In this document: piece after piece, positions 35,732-48,495 of the stretch
Numbering within the stretch: the stretch's first letter is position 1
Layout: every line of letters starts with the position of its first letter
Assembly (NCBI GenBank): GCA_963727625.1
Contig: CAVSHR010000006.1
Coordinates: forward strand, 205,547-269,546
Reading direction: 5' to 3'
DNA: 64,000 bases
Origin: an uncultured delta proteobacterium
GTDB lineage: Bacteria > Desulfobacterota > Binatia > UBA9968
Translations under genes and position numbers: made by a program
Notes under the pieces: model-generated
Databases searched by the model: none
Seen by the model: only the letters and a program-made list of their open reading frames with translations
What the model was told of the DNA's origin: nothing

Positions 35732-36835
35732 TCAGAACACGTACCGCCGCATGCTGACGTTCATGATCACGCCGACGGCAAACATCATCGAGGCAAGCGC
35801 GGAGCCGCCGTAGCTGACCATCGGCAGCGGCACACCGACCACGGGCATCAGGCCGGCGACCATGGCGATATTGATAAACACATGCCAGAAGACGATCGCG
35901 ACCATGCCGAAGACCAGCAGGGCGCCGAAGCGGTCCTTGGCGCGCTGGACCAGGCCCAGGCAGTAAACGATCATGATGAAGTAAAGTAGCAGCAAGATCG
36001 CGCAGCCGACAAAGCCCCATTCCTCGGAGAAAACTGCGAAGATAAAGTCGGTGTGCTGCGCCGGCAGGAAGTCGAGCCGGTTCTGGGTGCCGTGCAGAAA
36101 ACCTTTGCCGAACAGCCGCCCGGAGCCGATGGCAATTTGCGACTGAATCACGTGATAGCCGGCGCCGAGGGGATCGCGGTCGGGATCGAGGAAAGTCAAA
36201 ATGCGATTGCGCTGGTAGGATTTTAGAAAATGCCAACCGATTGGCAGGAATGCCATGCCGGCGCCGACCAGGCAAGCAAGGGAGCGAATCCTGAGCCCGC
36301 CCATCAAAATCATGCTGATGAAAACGATACCGAGAATGATCGCGGTGCCGAGATCAGGCTGGATGAGCGTCAGAATCACCAGCGGCGCGACGATTAAGAA
36401 CGGCACCCATAGATCGCGCAGATAGTAGCCGCGCGCCGGTTCGTCGCTCTGAAAATATTTTGCCATCACCAGCACGACGGCGAGCTTGGCCGGCTCTGAC
36501 GGCTGGAGGCGGAATAAACCGAGATTGATCCAGCGCTGTGAGCCGCCGCCTGAATGACCGACGACTATAACCAAGACCAGCAGTAAGACCATTGCGCCGT
36601 AGAACGGATAAGCGAGCCGGTCAATATAATGGTAGTCGAAGCTCAAAGCGACGAACATGGCGATCAAACCGAGTCCGAACCAGGTGACTTGGCGTATCGG
36701 CAAAACGCCGGCATGCCCGGTCACGAGATCGAAGTTGGCGCTGTAGATTGTCGCTACTCCGACCGCGACAAACGCCAAAACGAGCAGCAACAAGGTCCAG
36801 TCAAAGTGGGAAATCAGGCGCCGGTCAATTTGCAC
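35732..36835 (-). CDS. rodA: Rod-shape SEDS glycosyltransferase RodA
   Basis: FtsW/RodA/SpoVE family multi-TM protein. GTG 36835 is preceded by GGAGGGAGAGG and overlaps the mrdA end by 11 nt. The track ORF extends spuriously to 37018. Confidence 0.9.
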   Translation of the reverse strand: MQIDRRLISHFDWTLLLLVLAFVAVGVATIYSANFDLVTGHAGVLPIRQVTWFGLGLIAMFVALSFDYHYIDRLAYPFYGAMVLLLVLVIVVGHSGGGSQRWINLGLFRLQPSEPAKLAVVLVMAKYFQSDEPARGYYLRDLWVPFLIVAPLVILTLIQPDLGTAIILGIVFISMILMGGLRIRSLACLVGAGMAFLPIGWHFLKSYQRNRILTFLDPDRDPLGAGYHVIQSQIAIGSGRLFGKGFLHGTQNRLDFLPAQHTDFIFAVFSEEWGFVGCAILLLLYFIMIVYCLGLVQRAKDRFGALLVFGMVAIVFWHVFINIAMVAGLMPVVGVPLPMVSYGGSALASMMFAVGVIMNVSMRRYVF

Positions 36836-38705
36836 GGGCCTCTCCCTCCAAGCGTACTTGCTGACTGCCCGCCGGCTGGTTCTGCAACTCGATATATTTC
36901 TCGAACACCTTTTTTGCCATCGGCGCGGCGGCGTCGCCGCCATGGCCGCCATGCTCGACCAGCACGGCGATGGCGACTTGCGGATTGCCTGCCGGCGCGT
37001 AAGAAACGAACCAAGCATGGTCGCGATTGAAATAAGCGAGCTGTTCGGTTTTTAGGTAGGCGCCTTTCATTTCAACAACCTGCGCCGTACCGGTCTTGCC
37101 GGCGATGGCGACGATCGGCGATCTGGCGGCGCCGCCGGTGCCGTGGGCGGCGCTCACGACGTCAGCCAAGGCTTTGTGCATGCGCTCCAAAGTATCCGGC
37201 TTGAGTGCGATAGTGCGAATCAGTTCGGGGCCATATTCGCGCACGGTGGTTCCGTCCACCGACTCCACCTTGCTTACCAAGTAGGGACGATAAAGTTTAC
37301 CGCCGTTGGCCACCGCGGCCATCATGTTGGCGACTTGCAACGGCGTCACGGTCACGTAACCCTGGCCAATCGCCACCGAAACCGTCTCGCCGGGGAACCA
37401 CGGTTGGTGGTATCTTTTTCTTTTCCACTCGGTGTCGGGAATAACGCCGCTTCTTTCATCGTCCAGGCCCACGCCGGTTTTCTCGCCCAAGCCGAAAGCC
37501 CGGGCCCACTTGGCGATGCGGTCCACGCCCAGCTTTGGCCCCAGTTGATAGAAGTAAGTATCGCACGACTCGACGATCGCCTTGTACAGGTTCACCGAAC
37601 CATGACCGCCTCTTTTCCAGTCGCGAAAGTTGCGCTTGCCGAAAGGGAAAAAACCCGGATCTTGAATGAAACTGTCGGGCTGAATGACCCCTTCCTCCAG
37701 CCCGGCGATCGCCATAATGATTTTGAACGTGGAGCCCGGCGGATATTGCCCTTGGGTAGCGCGATTATTGAGCGGTCGCAGCCGATCTTTGATCAAGCTG
37801 CTCCATTCGTCGGTCTTGATGCCGCGGGCAAAAACATTGGGGTCGAAAGCCGGCGTGCTGGCCATCGCCAGGATCGCGCCACTGTTGACGTCGAGCGCGA
37901 CGATGGTGCCTTGTTTGCCCTTGAGCGCTTCGTAAGCGGTTTCCTGGAGCTGGCGATCCAAGGTGAGATACATCGTGTGACCGGGGACGTCGTTGACCTC
38001 GTGGAGCACGCGAACCCGCCGGCCCAGAGCATCGACTTCCACCTGTTGGCCACCGCTTTGGCCGCGCAGCAGCTCTTCCCAACGCCGCTCCAGGCCGTAT
38101 TGGCCGAGCTCGTCGCCGATCACGTACCCTTGCGTTTTGAGCAAGTTCAGTTGCTTCTGGTTGATCTCGCCCAGGTAGCCCAAGACGTGCGCCGCCACTG
38201 GCCCGTCCGCGTAGCTGCGCCGTGGCCGCGCGCGCAAGCTGATGCCCGGCAAATCGATCTGGTGCGTTTCCACCGCCACCACCGTCGGCCAATCGACGTC
38301 TCGGCCTAAAATCATCTCGTCGAAGGCGGTGCGGTTTTTACCCTCTTCAAAGATCGTCAGGAATTCTTTTTCATCTTGCTTTAGATATCGCGCCAACTGA
38401 CGCAGTGTTTGCTCGGGGGCTGCGGAGTCTTCCGGAACAAAAATAAGATCGAAGGAGGGCCGGCTGTCGACGAGCAACTGGCCCCGACGGTCGAAGATCA
38501 TGCCGCGACTCCCCGCCACCCGTTTGATGCGGATGCGGTTGTTCTCGGACAAATACGTATATCGCTCGCCGGAGATAATTTGCAGAAAGACCAGCCGGCT
38601 GACTAGCCCCAGGAATGCGATGGCGAGAACGAGGTAGAGCAGCGACGCGCGCCGGCGCAGCTCCGGAGCCCCGTCTTGTTTATTGATCTCTCCGAGTGCG
38701 GCCAT
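36825..38705 (-). CDS. mrdA: Penicillin-binding protein 2 (elongation transpeptidase)
   Basis: PBP dimerisation and transpeptidase domains (PGSTFK, SCD, KTGTA). ATG 38705 (MAALGEINK) follows the mreD stop. Confidence 0.9.
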   Translation of the reverse strand: MAALGEINKQDGAPELRRRASLLYLVLAIAFLGLVSRLVFLQIISGERYTYLSENNRIRIKRVAGSRGMIFDRRGQLLVDSRPSFDLIFVPEDSAAPEQTLRQLARYLKQDEKEFLTIFEEGKNRTAFDEMILGRDVDWPTVVAVETHQIDLPGISLRARPRRSYADGPVAAHVLGYLGEINQKQLNLLKTQGYVIGDELGQYGLERRWEELLRGQSGGQQVEVDALGRRVRVLHEVNDVPGHTMYLTLDRQLQETAYEALKGKQGTIVALDVNSGAILAMASTPAFDPNVFARGIKTDEWSSLIKDRLRPLNNRATQGQYPPGSTFKIIMAIAGLEEGVIQPDSFIQDPGFFPFGKRNFRDWKRGGHGSVNLYKAIVESCDTYFYQLGPKLGVDRIAKWARAFGLGEKTGVGLDDERSGVIPDTEWKRKRYHQPWFPGETVSVAIGQGYVTVTPLQVANMMAAVANGGKLYRPYLVSKVESVDGTTVREYGPELIRTIALKPDTLERMHKALADVVSAAHGTGGAARSPIVAIAGKTGTAQVVEMKGAYLKTEQLAYFNRDHAWFVSYAPAGNPQVAIAVLVEHGGHGGDAAAPMAKKVFEKYIELQNQPAGSQQVRLEGEARAN

Positions 38706-38710
38706 AACCT

Positions 38711-39250
38711 TTATACCGTAACACTCAATTTCTTTACGTAATTTTCGCCGCGCCGCAAAAGCGCGAATAGCAACGGTGCAAGCGCAGCCGCCAGGAGCGC
38801 TTCGCTTATTATATACCGAGCGGCACCCAACCAAAATCTATCCAGGCTGAGAAACACTGCCCAAACCAAGACCAACGCCGCTCCTTTGACCAAGGCGGCG
38901 AGCAATACGATAAATGAGCTCACTAGCGGGTTTTGGAGCCATATGGCACGCGAACTGAAATAAACCGCCAAAAATACCAGGGTCATGGCGAAAGCGTTGA
39001 GGCCCAGCAGCCGGCTCGACATCACGTCGACGGAATAACCCAGAAGAAACGAACCGACCGCGGCGCCCACCGTGGGATGATGCAAGCCCAGGTAAACGCA
39101 CAGCACCAGCACGAGATCCGGCACGACCGGACCGAGCGGGAGCAGGTGCAGCAACGTGGATTGCAGCAAAAGGAAAAATATCCCGACAAGAAAATATAGC
39201 AAGAAAAGCCTCATGGAAAAATTGCCGGCGGTTGCGGCCTTCGGGATCAC
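38711..39250 (-). CDS. mreD: Rod-shape protein MreD
   Basis: Small polytopic membrane protein lying between mreC and mrdA. The start is either GTG 39250 (GTGA overlap with mreC) or ATG 39214. Confidence 0.8.
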   Translation of the reverse strand: MIPKAATAGNFSMRLFLLYFLVGIFFLLLQSTLLHLLPLGPVVPDLVLVLCVYLGLHHPTVGAAVGSFLLGYSVDVMSSRLLGLNAFAMTLVFLAVYFSSRAIWLQNPLVSSFIVLLAALVKGAALVLVWAVFLSLDRFWLGAARYIISEALLAAALAPLLFALLRRGENYVKKLSVTV

Positions 39251-40101
39251 CGTTTTTCTGCGTTGCCCTCGGCAGCGACGACCAAGACCTCCTCGACGCG
39301 CGAGGACTGGACCGCGGGAAGGACTTCGATGAATTGAAACAAACCGAGATGCTGCTTGTGCACCTTGATCACCGTGCCGACCATCAAGCCCTTGGGAAAC
39401 ACCCCGTCGATGCCGGAGGTGATCAGCCGGTCGCCCTCTTGAATATCCTCGCTGCGTTTGACGTACTTGAGCACCGTGCCGCTGTCCAGTGATCCGGAAA
39501 CGATGCCGCGCGCGCGGGTGCGCTGTACAAAGACGTCGAGGCCGCTATTGGGATCGGTCAGCAACAAGACTTTGGCCGTGCGCGGCGTCACCGCGACCAC
39601 TTGGCCGACCACGCCCAAGGGAGTCACCACTGCCATTCCTTTGCGCACACCGTCGGCGCTGCCCTTGTCGAGCAGGCAGCTTTGAAACCAACTGCTGGCG
39701 CTATTGGCGATGATCGAAGCGGTCACCGCAGCGCCGGATAAATGACTGCGAAAATCGAGCAATTGTTTGAGCTGGAGGTTGGTGGCTTGGGCTTCTAGAA
39801 GTTTTTGTCTCTCCACCTCGAGGTTTTGAATGCGCTTTCTCAATCGTTCATTCTCGCTGCGGAAACCTGCCAGGGTATCGTAGTTATCTTGCAGGCTCTT
39901 GATCCAATTGGCGGTTCCCTGCGAGGCGATTTGCAAGGGTCGCATGAGCCACATCAACAAAGTGCCCAGCGGTTCGTTTTTCAGTTGGCCGCGGGCGGAG
40001 ACAGTGAGGATGTAAACCGATAGTAAGAGACAAAAAAAACAGCTTAACGGAACCTGATTCTTACGCAGAAAAGCGAGCATGAAAGGCTCGATTGGCTCCA
40101 A
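39247..40101 (-). CDS. mreC: Rod-shape protein MreC
   Basis: N-terminal TM, coiled coil (RLRKRIQNLEVERQKL) and beta-rich C-terminal domains. Position is conserved after mreB. Confidence 0.88.
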   Translation of the reverse strand: MEPIEPFMLAFLRKNQVPLSCFFCLLLSVYILTVSARGQLKNEPLGTLLMWLMRPLQIASQGTANWIKSLQDNYDTLAGFRSENERLRKRIQNLEVERQKLLEAQATNLQLKQLLDFRSHLSGAAVTASIIANSASSWFQSCLLDKGSADGVRKGMAVVTPLGVVGQVVAVTPRTAKVLLLTDPNSGLDVFVQRTRARGIVSGSLDSGTVLKYVKRSEDIQEGDRLITSGIDGVFPKGLMVGTVIKVHKQHLGLFQFIEVLPAVQSSRVEEVLVVAAEGNAEKR

Positions 40102-40127
40102 CCATCAGGATGGATGCGGACCTCGGC

Positions 40128-41306
<1,179 letters not shown>

Positions 41307-41358
41307 TTATCATGAGAGGGCGGTTTTCAGCGTTTCCTACCGAAAGGTTTCGTCGCCA

Positions 41359-43272
41359 ATGCTCGATTTTTTGCGAAAAAGGAAGAGAAATTGGAGTATC
41401 ACTATCCTCCTCGGTATTATCATCCTGGTCTTTATCGCGTTTTACGGTGGCAGCAACATCACGAACACAAGTTCCACCAATGATGTGGTTGAAGTTAACG
41501 GAGAGCCGGTCACCCAGCGCGAATTCGCGTTACAGTACGAGCGCGAAGTGCAGCGTTACCGCGATATTTTGAAAGGCTCTTTCACTCAGGAGATGCTCAA
41601 AGGCCTCAACATCAAGGGCAACCTGGTCGAAGCGTTGATTCAGAAAAAACTGGTGGTCCAAGAAGCGCGCAGGCTCGGTCTTACCGCGAGCGATGACGAT
41701 CTCGCCCGCCACCTTGCCACAGCGCCTGAATTTCAACTTGGCGGGCGATTCAGCAAGGACCACTATCTGCGAGTTCTCGAGGCCAACCGAATTGTGCCGG
41801 TGCAGTTCGAGGAAGAACAACGCGACCAGCTGACGGTACAGAGGCTTTACAGCCTGATTCTCGATGCCGTGCATGTGACCGACGCCGAGGTGCGTGAACG
41901 CTATCGCATCGATCAGGAAAAAATAGATCTCTATTTTATCAAGCTGCCGATCAACGATTTTGTCCCAGAGGTCAAGCTCACCGAGGCCGAAATCAAGTCA
42001 TACTATGCGCGCAACAAGGAATCCCTCAAAGAGCCTTTGAAAATTCAAGTCGAGTATCTGTCCTATCCATACGATCGGTTCACCGGTTCGGTCCAAGTGA
42101 GTGAAAAGGAAATTGAAGAGTACTATACGGTCAATCTCAACAGCCAGTTTCGCAAACCCAAAGAAGTCAAAATTCGCTATATTTCGATCGCTGTCCCGCC
42201 CGGCGCCGACGCCGCGCAGAAGAAAGCTGTTCAGGACCATGCTGAAGCGGTCGTCAGAGAAGCCCGCGCCGGCAAAGACTTCGCTCAGTTAGCCAAAAAG
42301 GAATCCGGCGACGCCACGGCCGCCAAAGGCGGTGAAATCGGCTGGATCGCCGCAGGACAGATGCCGCCGCCGGTGGAAAAGGTCCTTTTTAATCTGGCCA
42401 AGGGCGCGGTCAGCGACGCGATTGAAACACCGGCGGGATTTCAAATCTTCAAAGTCGAAGACATCAAGGAAGCAAAGACCCTGACGCTCAAAGAAGCCAG
42501 CGCGGAAATCGCCAAGAATTTAAAAACCGAAAAAGCCAAACGCGATGCCGCCAAGGTCGCCGACCGGGACCGCGAGAAAGCGCTCTCCGGCGCCGGCTTC
42601 AACAAGCTGGCCCAAGAGAGCGGCGTCACGCTCAAAACTACGGGCTGGATCACCAACGGCCAAGTGGTGCCGGAAATCGGCGAAAATCAGGAATTTTACA
42701 AAAATGCATTTTCTTTAAGCGCTAAAGATATCGGTCCCATCGTCGAGGGCAAAGGGGCATACTATCTGATGCGCCTCAAGCAGCGCCAAGAACCCACCGT
42801 GCCGCCGCTCGAGAGCGTAAGCGGTCAGATCGAGAGGAATCTCAAAGAATCCAAAGCTTACGAGCTGGCCTTGCAGCGCGGTCATAGCCTGCTCGAGCAA
42901 CTCAAAAAAGATAAGGACATGGTGAAACTGGCGCAGGCAAATCATTTAAAGCTCGACGAGACCGGCTGGTTCCTGCGCAGCGCGCCGCAGCTGCCGAAAA
43001 TCGGCGAGCTGGCGGAAATGAAGGCGGGATCGCTTGCTTTAACGGCGCAGAAGCCGATCCCGGACCGCCTCTATACTCAAAAAGATGCCCTCTACGTCAT
43101 CGCATTTAAAGATAGCCAGGGCGCCGATATGGAGCGGTTCGAGAAAGAAAAAGAGATGATCAAGAAACAAGCGCTGGCGGAAAGCCGCCAGCGCGCGCTG
43201 ATAAAATTTATGGAAGGTCTGAAAAGCAAAGCGAAGATCAAGGTCAACACCGCTTTCCTTGAAGAGAGTTAA
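41359..43272 (+). CDS. ppiD: PpiD-like periplasmic chaperone / parvulin-type PPIase
   Basis: N-terminal anchor (WSITILLGIIILVFIAFYG), SurA_N-like region and parvulin domain (GGEIGWIAAGQMPPPVEKVLFNL..GAVSDAIETPAGFQIFKV). Confidence 0.8.
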   Translation: MLDFLRKRKRNWSITILLGIIILVFIAFYGGSNITNTSSTNDVVEVNGEPVTQREFALQYEREVQRYRDILKGSFTQEMLKGLNIKGNLVEALIQKKLVVQEARRLGLTASDDDLARHLATAPEFQLGGRFSKDHYLRVLEANRIVPVQFEEEQRDQLTVQRLYSLILDAVHVTDAEVRERYRIDQEKIDLYFIKLPINDFVPEVKLTEAEIKSYYARNKESLKEPLKIQVEYLSYPYDRFTGSVQVSEKEIEEYYTVNLNSQFRKPKEVKIRYISIAVPPGADAAQKKAVQDHAEAVVREARAGKDFAQLAKKESGDATAAKGGEIGWIAAGQMPPPVEKVLFNLAKGAVSDAIETPAGFQIFKVEDIKEAKTLTLKEASAEIAKNLKTEKAKRDAAKVADRDREKALSGAGFNKLAQESGVTLKTTGWITNGQVVPEIGENQEFYKNAFSLSAKDIGPIVEGKGAYYLMRLKQRQEPTVPPLESVSGQIERNLKESKAYELALQRGHSLLEQLKKDKDMVKLAQANHLKLDETGWFLRSAPQLPKIGELAEMKAGSLALTAQKPIPDRLYTQKDALYVIAFKDSQGADMERFEKEKEMIKKQALAESRQRALIKFMEGLKSKAKIKVNTAFLEES

Positions 43273-43301
43273 ATTTAACCGCCGGTTAGTAAAAAATGCC
43301 G

Positions 43302-43319
43302 GGCGGGCTTCGGCCCGCC
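43302..43319. terminator. GC hairpin after the ppiD-like gene
   Basis: GGCGGGC-TTCG-GCCCGCC, with an A-run upstream and no T-run downstream on the plus strand. Confidence 0.3.
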
Positions 43320-43376
43320 AGTGCGCCAAAACCTGCCCGATTTTTCAAATGACTGTTTGCTCGTGAGAACTCGCCA

Positions 43377-44009
43377 GTGCAGATCGTTTTAGTGCGCCAC
43401 GGCGCCACCGATTGGAATTTGCAGGGCCGCTGCCAGGGATCGACGGATCGTGATCTCAGCGAGGTTGGCCTGCATCAAGCCGCACAAACCGCGGCACTAC
43501 TCCGCAGGGAACAAATCCAGGCAATCTATTCGAGCAATCTGCGGCGCGCGCGCCAAACCGCCGAGGTCATCAGCCAGCCGCACAACTTGTCGGTCATGAT
43601 CGAAGACGGAGTTCGCGAACTGGATCACGGCGAGCTCGAAGGACTGACCTTTAATGAAATCAAAGACAACTACGCGGATTTTCTAACCCGTTGGCGCAGC
43701 GAACCCGCCGATATCCGGGTTCCAGGCGGCGAACGGCTCGCCGATGTCGCCGAGCGCGCGTGGAACGGCTTGAACGAAATCGTCCGGCGCCACCGTGAAG
43801 CGCCGGGTATTTTGGTGGTAAGCCACAACTTTCCAATTCTCGGAATCGTTTGCCGGATCACCGGCACGCCGCTCAACAACTACCGCACTTTTCACCTCGA
43901 TCCGTGCAGCGTGACGCGCTTGAGCCATGACGGCGGTTGCGGCTGGCAAGTCACCCATGTCAACAACCGCGAGTATTCCACCGAGCAAGCGACAACAGCG
44001 CGGCCGTAA
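43377..44009 (+). CDS. Histidine-phosphatase superfamily protein (phosphoglycerate-mutase-like)
   Basis: GTG start. The RHG motif is at the N-terminus (IVLVRHGATDWN), with a later SHN motif. Confidence 0.85.
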   Translation: MQIVLVRHGATDWNLQGRCQGSTDRDLSEVGLHQAAQTAALLRREQIQAIYSSNLRRARQTAEVISQPHNLSVMIEDGVRELDHGELEGLTFNEIKDNYADFLTRWRSEPADIRVPGGERLADVAERAWNGLNEIVRRHREAPGILVVSHNFPILGIVCRITGTPLNNYRTFHLDPCSVTRLSHDGGCGWQVTHVNNREYSTEQATTARP

Positions 44010-44028
44010 GCGGCCACAGCAACGCTCT

Positions 44029-45576
<1,548 letters not shown>

Positions 45577-45698
45577 GAACTGGAAATACTCCGGGGAATT
45601 TCCGCCGAATGTAGCTGCCGGGGCGCTTTGCTGTCAAACAGTCCGTCGGAGTCTTCCGACTTGAATCGCTTGGCAATGGGCGATAGAAAATAGCCGGC

Positions 45699-46397
45699 AT
45701 GTTGCGTTACCAAAATCTCGGCCGAATGGAATATCCCGCCGCATGCGCATTGCAGGAAAAGCTCGTCGCACTCAAGCAGGACGAAACCGCCGATGACTTC
45801 CTGCTCTTCGTCGAGCATCCCCATGTCTTCACGCTGGGGCGCGGCGGCAAGGAGACAAACGTGCTCGCGGCGCAGAACGTTCCGGTCATTCGCACCGGCC
45901 GCGGCGGCGACGTGACCTATCATGGGCCGGGCCAGTTGGTGGTCTATCCGATCATCGATCTAAGATCGAAGCTGCGCAAAGATGTGCATCGCTACGTGAG
46001 GAATCTCGAATTATCCGCTGTTCGCACCCTGAAAGACTTCGGCCTCAGCGGTATCCGCCGTCCGCCGTTCACGGGAATCTGGATCGGCGACCGAAAAATC
46101 GCCGCCATCGGAGTCGCCGTGCGCCGATGCATTACCTTTCACGGCTTGGCGCTCAACGTGAACACAGAGCTGAGCTATTTCAAGCGCATCGTCCCCTGCG
46201 GCCTTGCATGGGCTGATGTCACCTCGATGGCCAACGAACTTGGCAAAGTGCAAAGCGCAGAGCGGGTTCGAGACCGCTTTCTTCATAATTTCGCCGAGAC
46301 TTTCGATTATGATGACCTCAAAGAAGGTATCGAAGCGCACGATTGGCATGCCAGGTCGACAAACTCTCCGACGGTTGGAACGACTGGAACGTTTTGA
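45699..46397 (+). CDS. lipB: Octanoyltransferase LipB
   Basis: FLLFVEHPHVFTLGRGG...RTGRGGDVTYHGPGQLVVYPI...KIAAIGV. It lies upstream of lipA. Confidence 0.9.
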   Translation: MLRYQNLGRMEYPAACALQEKLVALKQDETADDFLLFVEHPHVFTLGRGGKETNVLAAQNVPVIRTGRGGDVTYHGPGQLVVYPIIDLRSKLRKDVHRYVRNLELSAVRTLKDFGLSGIRRPPFTGIWIGDRKIAAIGVAVRRCITFHGLALNVNTELSYFKRIVPCGLAWADVTSMANELGKVQSAERVRDRFLHNFAETFDYDDLKEGIEAHDWHARSTNSPTVGTTGTF

Positions 46398-46411
46398 ACG
46401 ACTGGAACCCC

Positions 46412-47260
46412 ATGGGTCGAAGACACCCCGACTGGATTAAAGTCAAAGCTCCCGGTAACCCGAACTATCTGCGCCTAAAGCGCATCCTGAGGGAGAAGAA
46501 CCTGCACACGGTGTGTGAGGAGGCGCGCTGTCCGAACATCGGCGAGTGCTGGGGCAACAAAACCGCGACGTTTCTTATTCTCGGTGACACCTGCACGCGC
46601 GGCTGCCGCTTTTGCGCCATCGACAAAGGCAAACCGCTGGCGCTCGATCCCGCCGAGCCGCGTAATGTCGCGCTGGTCGTCAAAGATTTAGGCTTGGATC
46701 ATATCGTTGTGACCTCGGTCAATCGCGACGATCTTCCTGACGGCGGCGCCGCGCATTTCGCCAACACGGTGTTCTGGATCAAGAGTATGAACCCTGGAAT
46801 CCGAGTCGAGTTGTTGATTCCCGATTTCGAGGGCGACTTGCAAGCAGTGGAGACCGTCGTCAACTCGGGCATCGAGATTCTAAACCACAATATCGAAACC
46901 GTGCCGCGCCTCTACGGTAAGGTTCGCCCCGGCCACAGCTACGAATGCTCTTTGAATATTTTAAAAGAAGCGAAGAAACTGCGCGCAGACATGCTCACAA
47001 AGTCGGGCTTCATGCTCGGCGTCGGGGAGACCGGTGAGGAAGTGATGGCCACGCTCAACGACTTGCGCGAGAGGGACGTCGACATCGTCACCATCGGCCA
47101 GTACCTACAGCCCTCGAACCGCCAGTTGAAAGTCGAGCGCTACGTCGCCCCCGAAGAATTTAACGAATTCAAACTAGAGGCCGAAAAGCTCGGCTTTCGC
47201 CATGTCGAGTCGGGGCCGCTCGTGCGCAGCTCCTATCACGCCTGGAGCCATGTCGCTTGA
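46412..47260 (+). CDS. lipA: Lipoyl synthase LipA
   Basis: CEEARCPNIGEC and the radical-SAM motif CTRGCRFC. ATG 46412 is the likely start. Confidence 0.93.
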   Translation: MGRRHPDWIKVKAPGNPNYLRLKRILREKNLHTVCEEARCPNIGECWGNKTATFLILGDTCTRGCRFCAIDKGKPLALDPAEPRNVALVVKDLGLDHIVVTSVNRDDLPDGGAAHFANTVFWIKSMNPGIRVELLIPDFEGDLQAVETVVNSGIEILNHNIETVPRLYGKVRPGHSYECSLNILKEAKKLRADMLTKSGFMLGVGETGEEVMATLNDLRERDVDIVTIGQYLQPSNRQLKVERYVAPEEFNEFKLEAEKLGFRHVESGPLVRSSYHAWSHVA

Positions 47261-47353
47261 GAGCGTGATCTCGCTCTCCGTTTCTACCGGTCTCCGTTCG
47301 ACCGAATCACGATGCGGTTAGAGTCATATTTTTGAAATTGACTTCGTATTGGC

Positions 47354-48102
47354 TTGGCCCAGGAGCTCGAAACGGCGATGGCCATACGCACCGTAACGTA
47401 CGCCTTCGGCGCCAGCGTGCAGGATGCCAACGCCTGTTTAGTGTTAAATTCCAAGAACACGCTCGAGGCGGTGAAGTTTATTAAGGCGCTGTTATCAAGA
47501 AGCCATGACGCCGGAAGTATTTACCTGGGACCCATCCTCGAACAATTGAGCCATGCTCGCCGGCACGATCTCACTGGCGCTTAATGCGATTTCCATCACG
47601 CGAACCGGCGAAAAGGATAATCCGACGTTCACCGAAAAAATTCACCTTGCCAAAGCAGCCGCGGGCCCGGCGCGGCGCATCGGCGTCGAGCATGTGATGG
47701 GTGTCTGCGTCATCTGGAAATTCGCCGAAAACACCACCGGCGCGAAGAAATTTCTGGTCGACTACGTGGGCAATTTTCGCCAGGTATTCATCAATGGCGA
47801 ATTTTATGATTTTCCGACCTTCCAACGCACCGGATCGGACTTGAACCACCTGCTCACCCAAGACGCTAAAGCCAAACCGGCTGACAAATACAAGGTTCTG
47901 GAGGACGTGCTGAACCGGGCCACCAACGTCGGCCGCCCCGGTTACGCCAACGAGGCTATCGACGAAGCCTACCAAAAATGGATCATCAACGCCATGTTGG
48001 CCAAAGTCGCGCAAGGAGTGCTAAGCCCCGAGGACGCAGTCAAAGAAGGAAATGGAATGCAAGCGCATCTGGGAGAAGTGGCGCGAGCGCAAGCTGCTTT
48101 AA
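47354..48102 (+). pseudogene. Decayed C-terminal part of a family-1 (sugar-type) ABC solute-binding protein
   Basis: Coding signal jumps frames. It reads ...EAVKFIKAL / YQEAMTPEVFTWDPSSNN-TGA(47547)-AMLAGTISLALNAISITR...AKVAQGVLSPEDAVKE / EMECKRIWEKWRERKLL-TAA(48100). There are at least two frameshifts and one nonsense codon. The N-terminal half of the protein is absent. Confidence 0.6.
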
Positions 48103-48495
48103 ATCGGCAATCGAGCGCGATCACGTCATTCGCCGCCGCGCCAGCGTGCCGATCGCGATTCTGTAGAATTTTTTCGTCGATCGGTTTATCGCCGGCTTCA
48201 CCCTGGGCGCGGTCAAGTAGTCGCCAATGCCCGGAGCCGCGCAACCCGGCAATGCGAGGTGGGTATGAAAGCATTACGACTGCGTTTATCGAACTTTCAC
48301 GCGGAAAATTTAACGGCCATAACACGATTCTATCAACTCGTTGCGCTGCCGGCACAGCGTTATCGCGGTGACTTGGCGCCTGCAATCCTAGCCGATACTG
48401 GCCACACTCAAGCGTTTTTACAATTCGAACGCCAATCCATTGCCAATCACGCTTTTGATTGACACCGGCTTCGTCGCTCAGTTACGCTCTTCATT

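Noticed and set aside
46376-46410. Direct repeat GAACGACTGGAAC x2 at the lipB/lipA junction.
   Set aside because: It is short, lies within the lipB 3' coding end, and has no associated structure or mobile-element features. It is probably a small slippage duplication.
47547-47549. In-frame TGA in the sugar-SBP-like sequence as a fourth selenocysteine codon.
   Set aside because: It is not at a Cys or redox position. The surrounding gene has frameshifts and lacks its N-terminal half, and no hairpin follows. It is interpreted as a nonsense mutation in a pseudogene.
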